A DNA stretch of 64,000 nucleotides from a virus. Shown here piece by piece: positions 18,326 to 28,495 of the stretch; within the stretch, counting starts at the first letter, position 1; each line of letters opens with the position of its first letter. The DNA lies in IMG/VR virus record IMGVR_UViG_3300043395_002432, positions 64,001 through 128,000 of that record. One strand, given 5' to 3'. The notes beneath the pieces are model-generated. The model did not search any database and was not told where the DNA came from. It saw only the letters and a list, made by a program, of their open reading frames with translations. A program made the translations under genes and the position numbers.

Positions 18326-19249
18326 TTAGGCCGTCTTGACTTCTTCTTGACAGGATTCGTCCGCAGGAGGCGGGGGCGGATCTTCTGGTGCCGTATCCTG
18401 CATGAGCGCAGCCGAAGGAACGTACCCATTCAAGAGATCGAGAAGGACGTCCGCAGGCTCGATCCCATTCTCCTTGAATCCCCGCAGCTTCTCATGTAAG
18501 AAGGCGAATCGCTCCTCGGAAGCCACGTTGACGTAAATATGATCCTTGCCCCCGTAGGAGAACACCAAGAAGTGCGAGCCAAGCTCATTGCCGTCCGTCG
18601 TGAACACCTTCGAGATGATGTTGCTCAGATCCTCGGGGGTCTTGGCCCCTGAAGCGGCTTTGTCGAACTCTTGGAGCTTCTTGCTTCGAGTCTGCTTGTC
18701 TACGCTGTCCAGGGCTTGCTTTACGGAGAGCCGAGCAGACGACAGGAGCTTTTCATACGACTTGTCGTCGGTGATGCCCATTGCCTCCTGAAGAAGCTCC
18801 GCCGGGTGGCGAAGGATCAGATCCATGTAGAGCTTCGAGAATTTCTCGGGACTCACCCTGCCGTGGATGAGGTTGAGCCTCATGGTGATCAGGTTGCGAA
18901 GATCCTTGCAGGCTTGGTCGTTGCCCGCGATCTTGGGATCGTGAATGATCATGGCGGGTATGGTCGTGTGGCCAAGCGAAGCGCACGCACGCATGCGATG
19001 CTCGCCACCAATGAGCTGGAACGTCCCATGTGGGGTCGGCCATACCTGAATAGGGGCGATCATCCCAACCTCTTGAATCTCCTTCACCAAGCGAGCGAAC
19101 TCACGCTCGTTCATCGTGTTCGGATTCAGGGGATTCTTCTCGATCTTGGCGATCTCAAGAGCAGGATTGAAGTCGAGCGTATGGTGCGACGAAGTCGACT
19201 TCGCTGCCGTCGTTGCCAGAGCTTCTTGCGGATACATGACGTCGGACAT
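18326..19249 (-). CDS. ParB/Srx-like N-terminal domain protein
   Basis: NPLNPNTM...F..L...I...G...PI.V...FQLIGGEHR.RA...LG. Confidence 0.85.
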   Translation of the reverse strand: MSDVMYPQEALATTAAKSTSSHHTLDFNPALEIAKIEKNPLNPNTMNEREFARLVKEIQEVGMIAPIQVWPTPHGTFQLIGGEHRMRACASLGHTTIPAMIIHDPKIAGNDQACKDLRNLITMRLNLIHGRVSPEKFSKLYMDLILRHPAELLQEAMGITDDKSYEKLLSSARLSVKQALDSVDKQTRSKKLQEFDKAASGAKTPEDLSNIISKVFTTDGNELGSHFLVFSYGGKDHIYVNVASEERFAFLHEKLRGFKENGIEPADVLLDLLNGYVPSAALMQDTAPEDPPPPPADESCQEEVKTA

Positions 19250-19258
19250 GCCTGCTCC

Positions 19259-19615
19259 TTAGCGTTTCTTTCCCTGGTTCTCTTCAAGCCAGAGACGACC
19301 CCGCTCAGTCAGGATCGCCCACTCGATCTTGCGCGGGCCAGAAGACGAAGGACGCTCTTCGATCCGCACCAAGCCACGACGCTCGAGAGAGAAGTACGTC
19401 GACCGATCATTGAACCCGTCGTTGTAGCCAGCCGAGATCAGCGCAACCTCTCCCCGTGAAGCCACGCGCTGAAGCGCCGTCCGCTGATTGTACCCAAGTG
19501 GTTTGGTGGTGACATCCACAAGCCCCCCACGAGCCATGTCGTCAAACAGCGGATCGGTCTCGGAAGAAGCCATGCCATAGTCTAACCGAAGACTTTGCAG
19601 GCTGTTTGCAATCAC
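19259..19615 (-). CDS. hypothetical protein, possibly winged-helix
   Basis: SLERRGLV...LTERG motif. Confidence 0.5.
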   Translation of the reverse strand: MIANSLQSLRLDYGMASSETDPLFDDMARGGLVDVTTKPLGYNQRTALQRVASRGEVALISAGYNDGFNDRSTYFSLERRGLVRIEERPSSSGPRKIEWAILTERGRLWLEENQGKKR

Positions 19616-21048
19616 TCACCAAAGAGTCCGACCTGCGCTTGACGAGGCTTCGGCTTCGTGGCTTCGTCGTAGCGGGGCCGCTGCGGAAGCCCCTGAACCT
19701 CACGGGAGGCGTAGTCGCACCGACCGTAAATGACGGACTCCATCGCGGGATCTCGCTCAATGAGGGTGATCGACTGGCGATTCAGGACGGCAGCCACGCC
19801 CGTGGTGCCAGAGCCTGCAAACGGATCGAGGATCTCGCCACCGGGGGCCGTGATGAGGTTCAGGCACCAACGCATCAGCTCCACAGGCTTCACAGAGACA
19901 TGCGGATTCCAACGCTCGGTCTTGGTGCCGTCCGAATTGTCGAAGACCTTGAGCGGGGGCAGATGCTGCAAACCCAGATCCTTCTCCTCCAGGGTCGGCT
20001 TCGGGCAGTAGACGAAGCCGTCGTGATCCGTCCATTGGTGGTTGTTGAAGCGCATGCTCTCCGCCGAGAGCGGATCAGCGAACGGGTCGACCTGCCCATG
20101 CATCGCAAGCACAGGACAGCCCACGACGCACTTGGTGGAGGTGCATTCGAATGCGTGCGTCATGACCACGTTCGCCGGAAACCGCCCCATGTCGTAGCTC
20201 TGAGCAGGAAGCGAGCGATACTCCCCATGCGCGTTCGAATCGAGCAGCTTGCGCTTCCCTGAAGCCGTCACTCGCGCCCCCTCGGAGCCGATCCGGCAGG
20301 ACTTGATGTTGAAGCCCCCCGTCCCCCACTTCAGCATGTTCTCCGCAATGGTCGCCTCACTGATCGGCTTCTGCACCACTGAGATCGGCTCGGTCGCAGG
20401 CTTCAGCCCTGAATGCCAATCCTCGAAACGCTTGCCCTCCTCAGAAGCGGGGTGAAGGCGACGGAAGACGCGACTCTCCCCGTCCCCGTATCCTACGCTC
20501 GCCGTAGGATTGAGCAGCTTGGTGTGATCCCTTCCAGCCCCCCGATTCGACAGCTCCCCCTCACGGGAGCTGACACCAAGGTGGTCGTCGATGGCAAGCC
20601 CTATATTGAGACCCCGAGGCATCCCGGTCGCGTAGTGCCAAGTGATCATGCCGCGCTGCTGGAATCCCGCAAGACGAAGCGCCATCCCCATGAGGTCGAA
20701 CGTGCGCGTCCCAGAGAAGGTCAGCAGGTAGCCCCCAGGACGAAGGACGCGAAAGCACTCGTACCAGAAATCTGGCCCAGGCACCCAGGCATCCCACTCC
20801 TTCCCCCCGATCCCGCTCTTAGGCTTGGTGCGCGTCGCTGGCCCCGTGTACCGCTCCCCTCGAGCCTCCGCCTCCAGCACCAAGCGAAGCCACTCGCTCC
20901 ACTCCAGAAGCACCTGACGCTGCATCCGCTCCTGCTCCTCCGCAGAGGAGAGACCATACGGAGCATCCGTCACAATGGCGTGGTAGTAGTTGTCGGGGAT
21001 TTGGCGAAGGTACGCGAGGGAATCACCAATGTGTATCCTGGGAATCAT
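19612..21048 (-). CDS. DNA N6A/N4C methyltransferase (beta class)
   Basis: IHIGDSL, IVTDAPY, RVLRPGG, LKPA.EPI, H.SVKP..LM, ILDPFAGSGTTG. Confidence 0.9.
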   Translation of the reverse strand: MIPRIHIGDSLAYLRQIPDNYYHAIVTDAPYGLSSAEEQERMQRQVLLEWSEWLRLVLEAEARGERYTGPATRTKPKSGIGGKEWDAWVPGPDFWYECFRVLRPGGYLLTFSGTRTFDLMGMALRLAGFQQRGMITWHYATGMPRGLNIGLAIDDHLGVSSREGELSNRGAGRDHTKLLNPTASVGYGDGESRVFRRLHPASEEGKRFEDWHSGLKPATEPISVVQKPISEATIAENMLKWGTGGFNIKSCRIGSEGARVTASGKRKLLDSNAHGEYRSLPAQSYDMGRFPANVVMTHAFECTSTKCVVGCPVLAMHGQVDPFADPLSAESMRFNNHQWTDHDGFVYCPKPTLEEKDLGLQHLPPLKVFDNSDGTKTERWNPHVSVKPVELMRWCLNLITAPGGEILDPFAGSGTTGVAAVLNRQSITLIERDPAMESVIYGRCDYASREVQGLPQRPRYDEATKPKPRQAQVGLFGE

Positions 21049-21086
21049 GAACGCTCCGTGATAGGGCGATCTATCACAGGATCGGG

Positions 21087-21626
21087 TCATGTGCCTTCGG
21101 AGGGAGCCACCAAGCCGCGATCCCGAGCGTTCGAGAGCGCGATCCGAATCGCGGAGAGCAGCGTCTTCGGCATCGGATCGTCCGGGGCGAGCGTTAGCCA
21201 CGGGAGGGGGACGTAGCGCGTGTCGAGCGGGTCTTGGTGGATTACCAATTGCCACCCCGCGCACTCGGGGTCGTAGTCCTCGTCCTCGGGAATGAGCGTG
21301 TAGTACTCCAAGCTCAACGAGGTCTCCGCCTCGATCTCGTCGATGTCCGTCTCGCAAAGGATCAACGCGAGAATCCACAAGCCAAGCTGGTAGCCTGCAG
21401 GACGATGCAGGGGAATCCTCCGCTCTTGCTCCCCCGTCTCCTTCGACTTCCAATTCCAGTCAGGAATGAAGTCGGAATTGTTCTGCCAGGGGTGAAAGCC
21501 AAGCACCATGCGCGTGATCGGCGCAAGGACGGTGCGGACGGAGCCAGGAAGGCGGTTGACGCGAATGAAGTAGCTGTCCATCGGGTTCCCTCTCGCTCCC
21601 TTGTTCGATTCCTCCTTGGTGGGCAA
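21087..21626 (-). CDS. hypothetical protein
   Basis: 179-aa ORF; start uncertain. Confidence 0.55.
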   Translation of the reverse strand: MPTKEESNKGARGNPMDSYFIRVNRLPGSVRTVLAPITRMVLGFHPWQNNSDFIPDWNWKSKETGEQERRIPLHRPAGYQLGLWILALILCETDIDEIEAETSLSLEYYTLIPEDEDYDPECAGWQLVIHQDPLDTRYVPLPWLTLAPDDPMPKTLLSAIRIALSNARDRGLVAPSEGT

Positions 21627-21644
21627 ACGAATTCGAATTCGTCT

Positions 21645-23930
21645 TCAGCCCATGATGAAGGGAGGGGCGGGGACGTCCGGGTTCGCGTCGCTCGTCCCCT
21701 TCTTCGTCTCAAGCCCCGCGTCGTTGAGCCGCTCTACAGGGGCGTACTCGCGCCGATCCAGCTCCGTCATGCCGCCCCCGTCCCACTCTCGCCAGTTCTC
21801 GGGGGTCTTCGAAGGGGAAACCCACTCCAACCCGTCCTCCTCTGTGGTGCCATTCGGATACTCCCGAGCAGCCTCAATCGCCTTCTGCGTTAGGATCGGA
21901 TCAGGCTCAGGGGCAGCACCACGAAGGTGACGTAGCTCCACGTTTTGGTGCCGGAACGGCGCTCGAGGATTGATCGAGTCCTGCGTGACCCAATGCGTGT
22001 CCTCGAGATCCGCCCCCCCATGCACCAAGTCCGAATCAATGTACGACGCCTGCCGAAGGGCCATCAATTCAAGGTTCGTCACCACGCCAGCCACAGCGTC
22101 AGACGTGTCCTTCGATCCACCAAGCGGGTGATCCACCTTCCGCGACAGCGGGTCGTACTCGAGCTGCTTCATCTCGGTCAGGAAGGGTTCGTACTCGTAC
22201 ATCCGAACACGCCCCTCCATGAGCGCGTTTCGAAGCGCCTCATACGCCTCCGTCCCGTCGTCCACCGAGAGGAGGTTCGCCGGTATCCCATTGTCACGAA
22301 GGATCTGGATTCCGTCCGCTGACTGATACTTGTCCAACGTCGTCAACGCTATCTCGAAGCCATGATCCCGAAGCGCGTAAATCAACGCCCGAATCTCTTG
22401 AAGCAGGATGTACTCTCCGCTCGGAGGCTTCACCCTCAAGACGAAGTCGATCTCGATCTCAGGCGCTGACTCGAAGTAGGTCTCCGCAAAGTCAGGCGAA
22501 CGCCGCTCGACCTGCACCAAGCGCGTCGTATGCCCCATGCTGATCCCAAGCCCGTCTCGCGCCAACGACTGATCGACATGGATCACACGAACCGAGTCAG
22601 GGTGACGACGCGGAACCCAACGATACTCATGATGCCCCATGCCAACCTTGATCTTCTTTCGCTCACACAAGACGTCCCAAAGCGGGAGTAGCTTGCTCTG
22701 AAGAATCCAAGTCTCGCTCGAGAAGGGATGCTTCAGCTCTGGACGGATCGTAGGACGGTACAAGCACGCTTGAATCGTCAAGAAGGACGCCACAGCGTCC
22801 GTAGCCATGCCAGCAACGTCCTGAATGCTCGACACGAGGTTGATCTGAAACTCCTTGACGTACTCAAACGGGACGTTGATGATCGTACTCCCGTCCCGAA
22901 GTGCCGATGGATGCACCTCCTCCTTCGGGGCCAGAATGCGAGAGCGTGTCGACCCCTGCCCCACCAAGACTCGGAAGTACTTGCCACTGAAGCTCTCGGC
23001 AGGCTTGACGTCCCACGTCGCCTTGTCAACCACGTAGGTGGTCGGATCGTTCTTTCGCTCGTTCACGCGACGCGCCGAGAACGAATTCGAAGTCGTCTTC
23101 GAGGACATCAGTACCGTCTTCATCGGCACCTTGCCCCCAGAGAGGAAACGGCTCTTGATACGATTCGTGAGCGTGACATACACACGCTCCGCAAGATCGA
23201 AATTCGCCGCCGTCATCGTCTGCCCAGGGGACTGAATGACAGGCTTCTTCCGGCGTCCCATGAAGTTCGTCTCGTCCATGAGGAAGCCAACGACGTCAAG
23301 ACCCAGCGCACGCTCAGAGTTGACGGAGCCAATCTCTACAATAATGCTCTTCGGAAAGCGAATCCCGTCCGCCCTCTCCGTCCAGGGAAACTCCTTCTTG
23401 AAGTAGGGCGAGCTGCTGATCTTCTCCATCACCTTGCCAAGCACGACGCTCTTTGCAAGGTGCAAGCTCTTCGACATGCAGAAGAGGTATATGTTGGAAG
23501 TAGGCGCAATCCCAAGCGCAGACTGCGGGGAACGCATACACGAAAGCTCGTAGAGCTGCCGACAGAAGATGATCGACCCAAGGAAGGTCTTTCCCCAACC
23601 CGTCGACCCTGTCAGGATAATGTCAATGTACCGATCCGCCTCGAAGATTCGATCCAGCTCGTCCTTCAGCGGCTCGTAAAGCGACTCGCACGATTTCCCG
23701 AGAAAGTATGGATCTTGCACGAAGGTTCGTATATCTACCGGCTCCCGATCAAAGACCGCACGCGAGATCGCTTGGTAGGTGCTGTTCGAGCCTATCGCCG
23801 CCTCTTGGATCATTCGAAGGAAGAGCCTCCGCTGCTCGGGCTTGAGTGAGGCTATGGAGTCCTCGATGAGCGCAGCCTCCTCCTCCTTGGTGCGAATGTG
23901 ATGCGAACGCCCACCGCGATTCCGTATCAC
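21645..23930 (-). CDS. terminase large subunit
   Basis: Walker A GSTGWGKT, Walker B FLMDE, nuclease motifs IHVD, TLDKYQS and DHP.GGSKDTSDAVAG. Confidence 0.93.
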   Translation of the reverse strand: MIRNRGGRSHHIRTKEEEAALIEDSIASLKPEQRRLFLRMIQEAAIGSNSTYQAISRAVFDREPVDIRTFVQDPYFLGKSCESLYEPLKDELDRIFEADRYIDIILTGSTGWGKTFLGSIIFCRQLYELSCMRSPQSALGIAPTSNIYLFCMSKSLHLAKSVVLGKVMEKISSSPYFKKEFPWTERADGIRFPKSIIVEIGSVNSERALGLDVVGFLMDETNFMGRRKKPVIQSPGQTMTAANFDLAERVYVTLTNRIKSRFLSGGKVPMKTVLMSSKTTSNSFSARRVNERKNDPTTYVVDKATWDVKPAESFSGKYFRVLVGQGSTRSRILAPKEEVHPSALRDGSTIINVPFEYVKEFQINLVSSIQDVAGMATDAVASFLTIQACLYRPTIRPELKHPFSSETWILQSKLLPLWDVLCERKKIKVGMGHHEYRWVPRRHPDSVRVIHVDQSLARDGLGISMGHTTRLVQVERRSPDFAETYFESAPEIEIDFVLRVKPPSGEYILLQEIRALIYALRDHGFEIALTTLDKYQSADGIQILRDNGIPANLLSVDDGTEAYEALRNALMEGRVRMYEYEPFLTEMKQLEYDPLSRKVDHPLGGSKDTSDAVAGVVTNLELMALRQASYIDSDLVHGGADLEDTHWVTQDSINPRAPFRHQNVELRHLRGAAPEPDPILTQKAIEAAREYPNGTTEEDGLEWVSPSKTPENWREWDGGGMTELDRREYAPVERLNDAGLETKKGTSDANPDVPAPPFIMG

Positions 23931-24583
23931 TTGCCCTCCTTCGGCTCTTCCTCTCCCGTCTTCTTGGTGGTCGCAGCCACCACAGCATTGAACGCACGAA
24001 GGACTTGCGAGAGCTGCTGCTGCGAGAGCTGCTTCGTCGTAGGAGGCGGACGGAGAGGAGCGCCCGCACTTGGTGCTGTCGGCTCCGCCACCGTCGACGG
24101 AACGATCTTCTTCGTCATCTCAAAATACGTCGAGATCAACTCCTTCTGAATTCGAAGCTCCATCCCCGTGTAGCGATTCGTCACCGGGAGACGCTCCTCG
24201 AACTCAATCCCCTTCTGAATTCGCTTCTTCTGAATCCGAATTAGCTCCGCCATCTCCTCAATCGCATCGATGCGATTCTCAACGACCTTGGCAGCAGCCT
24301 CCACATGCCCAGGAAGAAATGGCTCCACAATGTCGATCTTCGCAAGCTCCGCACGAAGCGAAGTCACACGCCGAATCACCTCTTGCGGAGGGACGTCCAG
24401 CCAGATCCGATGATCGTCCTGAATGAACGACCGAACGCTATTGATCGCGTAGCCCCCCTTGATCCGGGCAAGGATCTGCTCGTAGCAAGGAAGCCGCTGA
24501 AAAAGCTGGTGATTCATCGAGATCGGATGAATCTCTGGCACCTCTACGGGGACGGGAAGCTCTGTTGGTGCCTTCCTGGGCAT
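23927..24583 (-). CDS. putative terminase small subunit
   Basis: Overlaps terL start; helical/coiled-coil 218 aa; call based on position. Confidence 0.5.
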   Translation of the reverse strand: MPRKAPTELPVPVEVPEIHPISMNHQLFQRLPCYEQILARIKGGYAINSVRSFIQDDHRIWLDVPPQEVIRRVTSLRAELAKIDIVEPFLPGHVEAAAKVVENRIDAIEEMAELIRIQKKRIQKGIEFEERLPVTNRYTGMELRIQKELISTYFEMTKKIVPSTVAEPTAPSAGAPLRPPPTTKQLSQQQLSQVLRAFNAVVAATTKKTGEEEPKEGK

Positions 24584-24587
24584 GGCC

Positions 24588-24842
24588 TCACTTCCTGTCG
24601 AGGATTTCGTAGTGCGCGATAAATTGAATGTCGCTCAAGCGAGCCTCATACGAAGAAACCGCCGTGCCGTTGATACAGAAGGGCGACCCGTCGTCATTCG
24701 CCACCCCGTTGATCCGAATCCAACCCCGCCGAATGTGAATGAGCTGCCCATGCACAATGTGGTGGTCGTACACCCGGTCGTTCACCCGCTTCGCCGCCTG
24801 CTCCGGTCGCTCCACACGGAGCGCCACCAAGGACGCCTTCAT
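24588..24842 (-). CDS. hypothetical protein
   Basis: 84 aa, ATGA overlap with upstream gene. Confidence 0.55.
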   Translation of the reverse strand: MKASLVALRVERPEQAAKRVNDRVYDHHIVHGQLIHIRRGWIRINGVANDDGSPFCINGTAVSSYEARLSDIQFIAHYEILDRK

Positions 24843-25093
24843 GCCGCCTCAACGAATTCGACTTCGTTGGCACATGCGGTGAAGACGACGTCCGCCATTC
24901 GAAGGGTGATGCTGGTCATGGGCAACCCCTCGACAATGATAGGCTCTCCGCTCTTGGTGCGAGGAGAAGAGATCGTCAGCCAGGAGACCCCCTCGTCGAG
25001 GAAGTGCGTGCAGCCTCCACCAAGCATGCACGAACGCCCCGTGATGTTGGCACTCTCGCCCGTGATCCCGACCACCACCAGCTTCTTGCTCAT
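24839..25093 (-). CDS. hypothetical protein
   Basis: 84 aa, GGGAG RBS. Confidence 0.55.
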   Translation of the reverse strand: MSKKLVVVGITGESANITGRSCMLGGGCTHFLDEGVSWLTISSPRTKSGEPIIVEGLPMTSITLRMADVVFTACANEVEFVEAA

Positions 25094-25131
25094 GATTCGC
25101 TCCCGTGAGCGAAGTTCTTAGCCCAGGAACG

Positions 25132-25162
25132 AAAAAAGGGCCACCCCCGCAGGGGTAGCCCT
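25132..25162 (-). terminator. intrinsic terminator
   Basis: AGGGCTACCCC-TGC-GGGGGTGGCCC-TTTTTT. Confidence 0.85.
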
Positions 25163-25177
25163 CACCCTCTCAGCCGA

Positions 25178-26254
25178 TCAGGCGTTGTCCACCGGATGCG
25201 CGATGAACAGGTGCGTGTTCGCAGGCGCGGTCGACCAGTCGCCGTAGATCTTCAGAGAAGACCCCGTGAGCTGGAACTCACCAGCCGCCGCAGGCGTGAT
25301 CGCCACCTGCTTGAAGGCCACGCCATTGAAGTCCGCACGAAGCCCGTCCGTCATGATCTGCACCAAGGAGCCATGACGCTGCATCGCAGCGGAGTTGATC
25401 GAGGTGTTCAGCGTGAAGGTAGAGACACCGCCAGAGACGGAGGCAGAAGCCGCCGCGTCCGTAAACTCCTTCTCCGCCCACTTCCACGACAGCTTCGCCG
25501 GGGTCGTCCCGAGATCCTTCAGCGCGAGCTGGTCGCTCCCGTTGGTGTAGATCGTCGAGTTGTCCACCTTCGCAGAGAACTCACCCCCCGAGAGGGTGAT
25601 ACCCACGCCAGCGGTGTACGACACCCCACCAAAGGCTGAGTAGCTCAGCGAGGTCGTCCCAAGCGTTGAGACTGTTGTTGCCAGATACCACGTCGTGTCC
25701 GCATTGGTGCTGCCAAGCGCCACAGAGATCAGCATCGAGGAGAGATCCGACGCAGAGTCCGCATCCACCGCACGAGTCAGCACGAAGGGGTTCGACCCGT
25801 CCCCAACCGTCGTCACCACGTAGACGCCATTCTGCGCCCCTGTCGTCTGGTTCTTCACCAGAATACGATCCCCCACGGTCGGAGAACCACCGTCCACGGA
25901 GATCGCCCCGTTGCTCGAACCCGTCAACGTCGCACCAACGCCAGAGGAGCCGTTGCTGTAGGTCGCCGCAAGGTTCGCCGTCGTCGCATACAACGCGTCG
26001 TCCTTCTGCGCCAAGCCAGCAATCATGGCCTGGGTCGTGGCAATCAAGCCGTCGACGTAGGTCTTGGTGGCCGCATCGTTGTTCGACGAAGGCGCTCCCA
26101 AGCCCGTCACCTTGAACCCACCAGCCGCAAGATCCGCACCAAGCGTGCCACGCAGATCGCTAAACTCCCAGGTCTGCGTCAGATCGACGTCCAACGCCCC
26201 ACTCGTCGATGTCAGCTTCGCCGTCTTGCGAAGCATGCCCGCATTCACACCCAT
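25178..26254 (-). CDS. fibre/decoration-type virion protein
   Basis: DAATK.YVD, GDRILVKNQT.GAQNGVY...LTRA.DAD and YTAG.GI.LSG motifs typical of phage fibre/head-decoration proteins. Confidence 0.75.
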   Translation of the reverse strand: MGVNAGMLRKTAKLTSTSGALDVDLTQTWEFSDLRGTLGADLAAGGFKVTGLGAPSSNNDAATKTYVDGLIATTQAMIAGLAQKDDALYATTANLAATYSNGSSGVGATLTGSSNGAISVDGGSPTVGDRILVKNQTTGAQNGVYVVTTVGDGSNPFVLTRAVDADSASDLSSMLISVALGSTNADTTWYLATTVSTLGTTSLSYSAFGGVSYTAGVGITLSGGEFSAKVDNSTIYTNGSDQLALKDLGTTPAKLSWKWAEKEFTDAAASASVSGGVSTFTLNTSINSAAMQRHGSLVQIMTDGLRADFNGVAFKQVAITPAAAGEFQLTGSSLKIYGDWSTAPANTHLFIAHPVDNA

Positions 26255-26350
26255 GAAACACCTCCTGCCCTTCTGATAGGAGATCTCTCTCTTTCTGACA
26301 AGAGGAATTTACCCGACCTCGATAGGCTTCACGAATCTAAAATCAACGCA

Positions 26351-27244
26351 TTAATACGGAAAGTGTACGGACACGAAGTGGTCTCCGTCAGCGAAGTTTC
26401 CAGCGATGGAAATCTCACTTTCCTGAATCCGATACTCGCGAAACGTAGTAGCGTCACTGTCTGGTGTATCGTAAACACGCTTCGTGTCTACGACCCCGTC
26501 CACGAAGACGAGCATGCCGCCTCGAAAGGAAGCAGCCTCGGGAGGGGTAACACCAAGGTCGGCGGTACTCAGGCCAGATGCAGCGTCATAGGTGAAGTCG
26601 TCCTGGGTGAGGTGAACGACGCGCCATGAGATCCCAACCTGCTGAAGCCTCGGGTCTTGCGTAGAGTCTATGAAATTGTTGTCGAGCGGAAAGCGCGCCT
26701 CAAGCGCATGGATCGTGACCTCCCCCTCATGCGTGAACGCCACGTCCCCGTCCGTGTAGAGCGTTACCGTCCAGTCCCCTCGCTTGGCAGCAGAAGCCGA
26801 CGCAAGAAAACGCGCCCCACTCTGAAGCGTCAGCGAAGTGTCCGACGAAATCGAATGCACCCGCGCCCATTGATGCTCCGAGCCAGAGGAGATCCGAATC
26901 AAGCAGCCAACCTCAAGCTCTGTGAGGAATGCCGTGCCTGTACCAGTTACCGTCGTGCCACGAAGCGCAACAGAGATCGTCCCCGTCAACGTAGTCTGCT
27001 CTACCGTCAGACGTCCATACACAATGGTGTCGCCGTAAATCCGATTCCCGTCGCTGTCGTAGGGATACACAAAGTTATACGACCCTGATGTCACCATGCC
27101 AGGAATGAGACTCGTCCCACCAGCGTGACGACCCGACATGAGGTCGTTCACCACTACGCTCTCCTGCGTTGAGAACTCCGCCGCACCAAGAGAGACATAC
27201 CGCGCAATCGTCGTCCCACCTACCTGATCTGGAGCCAGCGGCAT
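26351..27244 (-). CDS. fibre-type virion protein
   Basis: GTISV...GTTVTG.GT.F.TEL.VG..I...ISSDT.LTL motif. Confidence 0.65.
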   Translation of the reverse strand: MPLAPDQVGGTTIARYVSLGAAEFSTQESVVVNDLMSGRHAGGTSLIPGMVTSGSYNFVYPYDSDGNRIYGDTIVYGRLTVEQTTLTGTISVALRGTTVTGTGTAFLTELEVGCLIRISSGSEHQWARVHSISSDTSLTLQSGARFLASASAAKRGDWTVTLYTDGDVAFTHEGEVTIHALEARFPLDNNFIDSTQDPRLQQVGISWRVVHLTQDDFTYDAASGLSTADLGVTPPEAASFRGGMLVFVDGVVDTKRVYDTPDSDATTFREYRIQESEISIAGNFADGDHFVSVHFPY

Positions 27245-27280
27245 GCGAAATCCCTCGTTGGTGCTTCTATCGTAAGAAGC

Positions 27281-27312
27281 AAGAAAAGGGGAGGAGCCGA
27301 AGCCCCTCCCCT
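27281..27312 (-). terminator. intrinsic terminator with C(UUCG)G loop
   Basis: AGGGGAGGGGC-TTCG-GCTCCTCCCC-TTTTCTT. Confidence 0.85.
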
Positions 27313-27330
27313 CCCCTCCCCCCCCTCAGA

Positions 27331-28344
27331 TCAGATCTCGTCGGCAGGCTCGTCGTCCTGGCGGGAGGGCAGCTCCTCGCTCGCCTCCTCGCTCGCCTCC
27401 TCGAGGAGCGCGTTCGAGGCGCGGAAGGGCGTCCGATCCGTGACCGGCTTGCCCTCCGAATCCTCGTAGGTGCGCGGATTGCCCCGATCATCGCCCTCCT
27501 GCACGAGGTAGGCCCGACCGCTGGCCTTCCCAATGTCCCCGTTCGTCAGCACGATGAGGGCGCGGATACCGTGCTGCCGCAGACCAGCGACGAGCTGCTC
27601 CTCAGAGAGCTTCGCCACCAGGGCGAGCGCAGCCGCGATCTGCTCAGACGTCGTGCCGTTCAGAGCCGTGTACGAGCGCGCCACCTCAGCGAGCGCCTCC
27701 CCAGGGGAGACCGCCCCGTTGGCCTGCGCCGACGCAATGGCAGCCGTCATGGCCCGACCCTGCGCCTCGTTGTCCAGCGGGACGCGGAAGGCGGGCTTCT
27801 TGCTCCCCTTCTCCTCGCTGGAGGAAAGGTCGCGCCCGTTGCCCTCAGCGAGGTACTCCTTCATCTCCTGAAGGCTCATCTCCCCACCACGACGCCCCCC
27901 GGTCGTGATCGCACGCACCAAGCCCTCCGCCTCCTCAGCCTTGTCGAGGCGACCCACGAGGAGCCGCGCCTTGGTCGGCCCGAGCCGCTGCGCCAGCTCG
28001 CGGTAGGCCGGTGGGAGGCTACCGAAGTAGTTCCCCACCAAAGCGATCTGCTGCGCCTGCCGAATCTGCACGTCCAGCTCGTTCTGGACGTACTGATCGA
28101 AGCTCTCATACCCCCACAGGCGGTAGAGGCTCTCCTTCTGCACCCGCCCCAGCGTAAGGGCGAACTCGAACGCCACCGACTCGCCCTGCCGGTGGAGCTG
28201 CATCAGCCGCAGCCGCGTGCCGTCCTCCACGCTGTTGGTGGAGACGGGGAGATCCCTCGCCTCGATCAAGGCAGGAAGGTCGTCCCCCACGCCCACGACG
28301 TTCATCTCCATCTCGCTCTCGTCCAGCACGATCTCGCTCGGCAT
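27331..28344 (-). CDS. putative DNA-binding protein
   Basis: LY..WGY.SFD.YV..EL.....AQ motif seen in phage DNA-binding proteins; strong GC3; own RBS and terminator. Confidence 0.5.
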   Translation of the reverse strand: MPSEIVLDESEMEMNVVGVGDDLPALIEARDLPVSTNSVEDGTRLRLMQLHRQGESVAFEFALTLGRVQKESLYRLWGYESFDQYVQNELDVQIRQAQQIALVGNYFGSLPPAYRELAQRLGPTKARLLVGRLDKAEEAEGLVRAITTGGRRGGEMSLQEMKEYLAEGNGRDLSSSEEKGSKKPAFRVPLDNEAQGRAMTAAIASAQANGAVSPGEALAEVARSYTALNGTTSEQIAAALALVAKLSEEQLVAGLRQHGIRALIVLTNGDIGKASGRAYLVQEGDDRGNPRTYEDSEGKPVTDRTPFRASNALLEEASEEASEELPSRQDDEPADEI

Positions 28345-28495
28345 TGTTGCTCTCCTGAGGTAGCCCCGGAAGGGGTCGGTTTGACGCCCCCTATATAAGC
28401 CCAACGAGGGGTCGAGGCGAGAACGAATTCGACTTCGTTGGGGCGGTTTGCTCGTTCTTGACAACGAGGCGAAGAAGATGCCTTCGAGCGTGCAG

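Noticed and set aside
18326-19249. parABS partition system
   Set aside because: No ParA and no canonical parS seen; ParB-like genes near terminase and MTase genes are common in phages.
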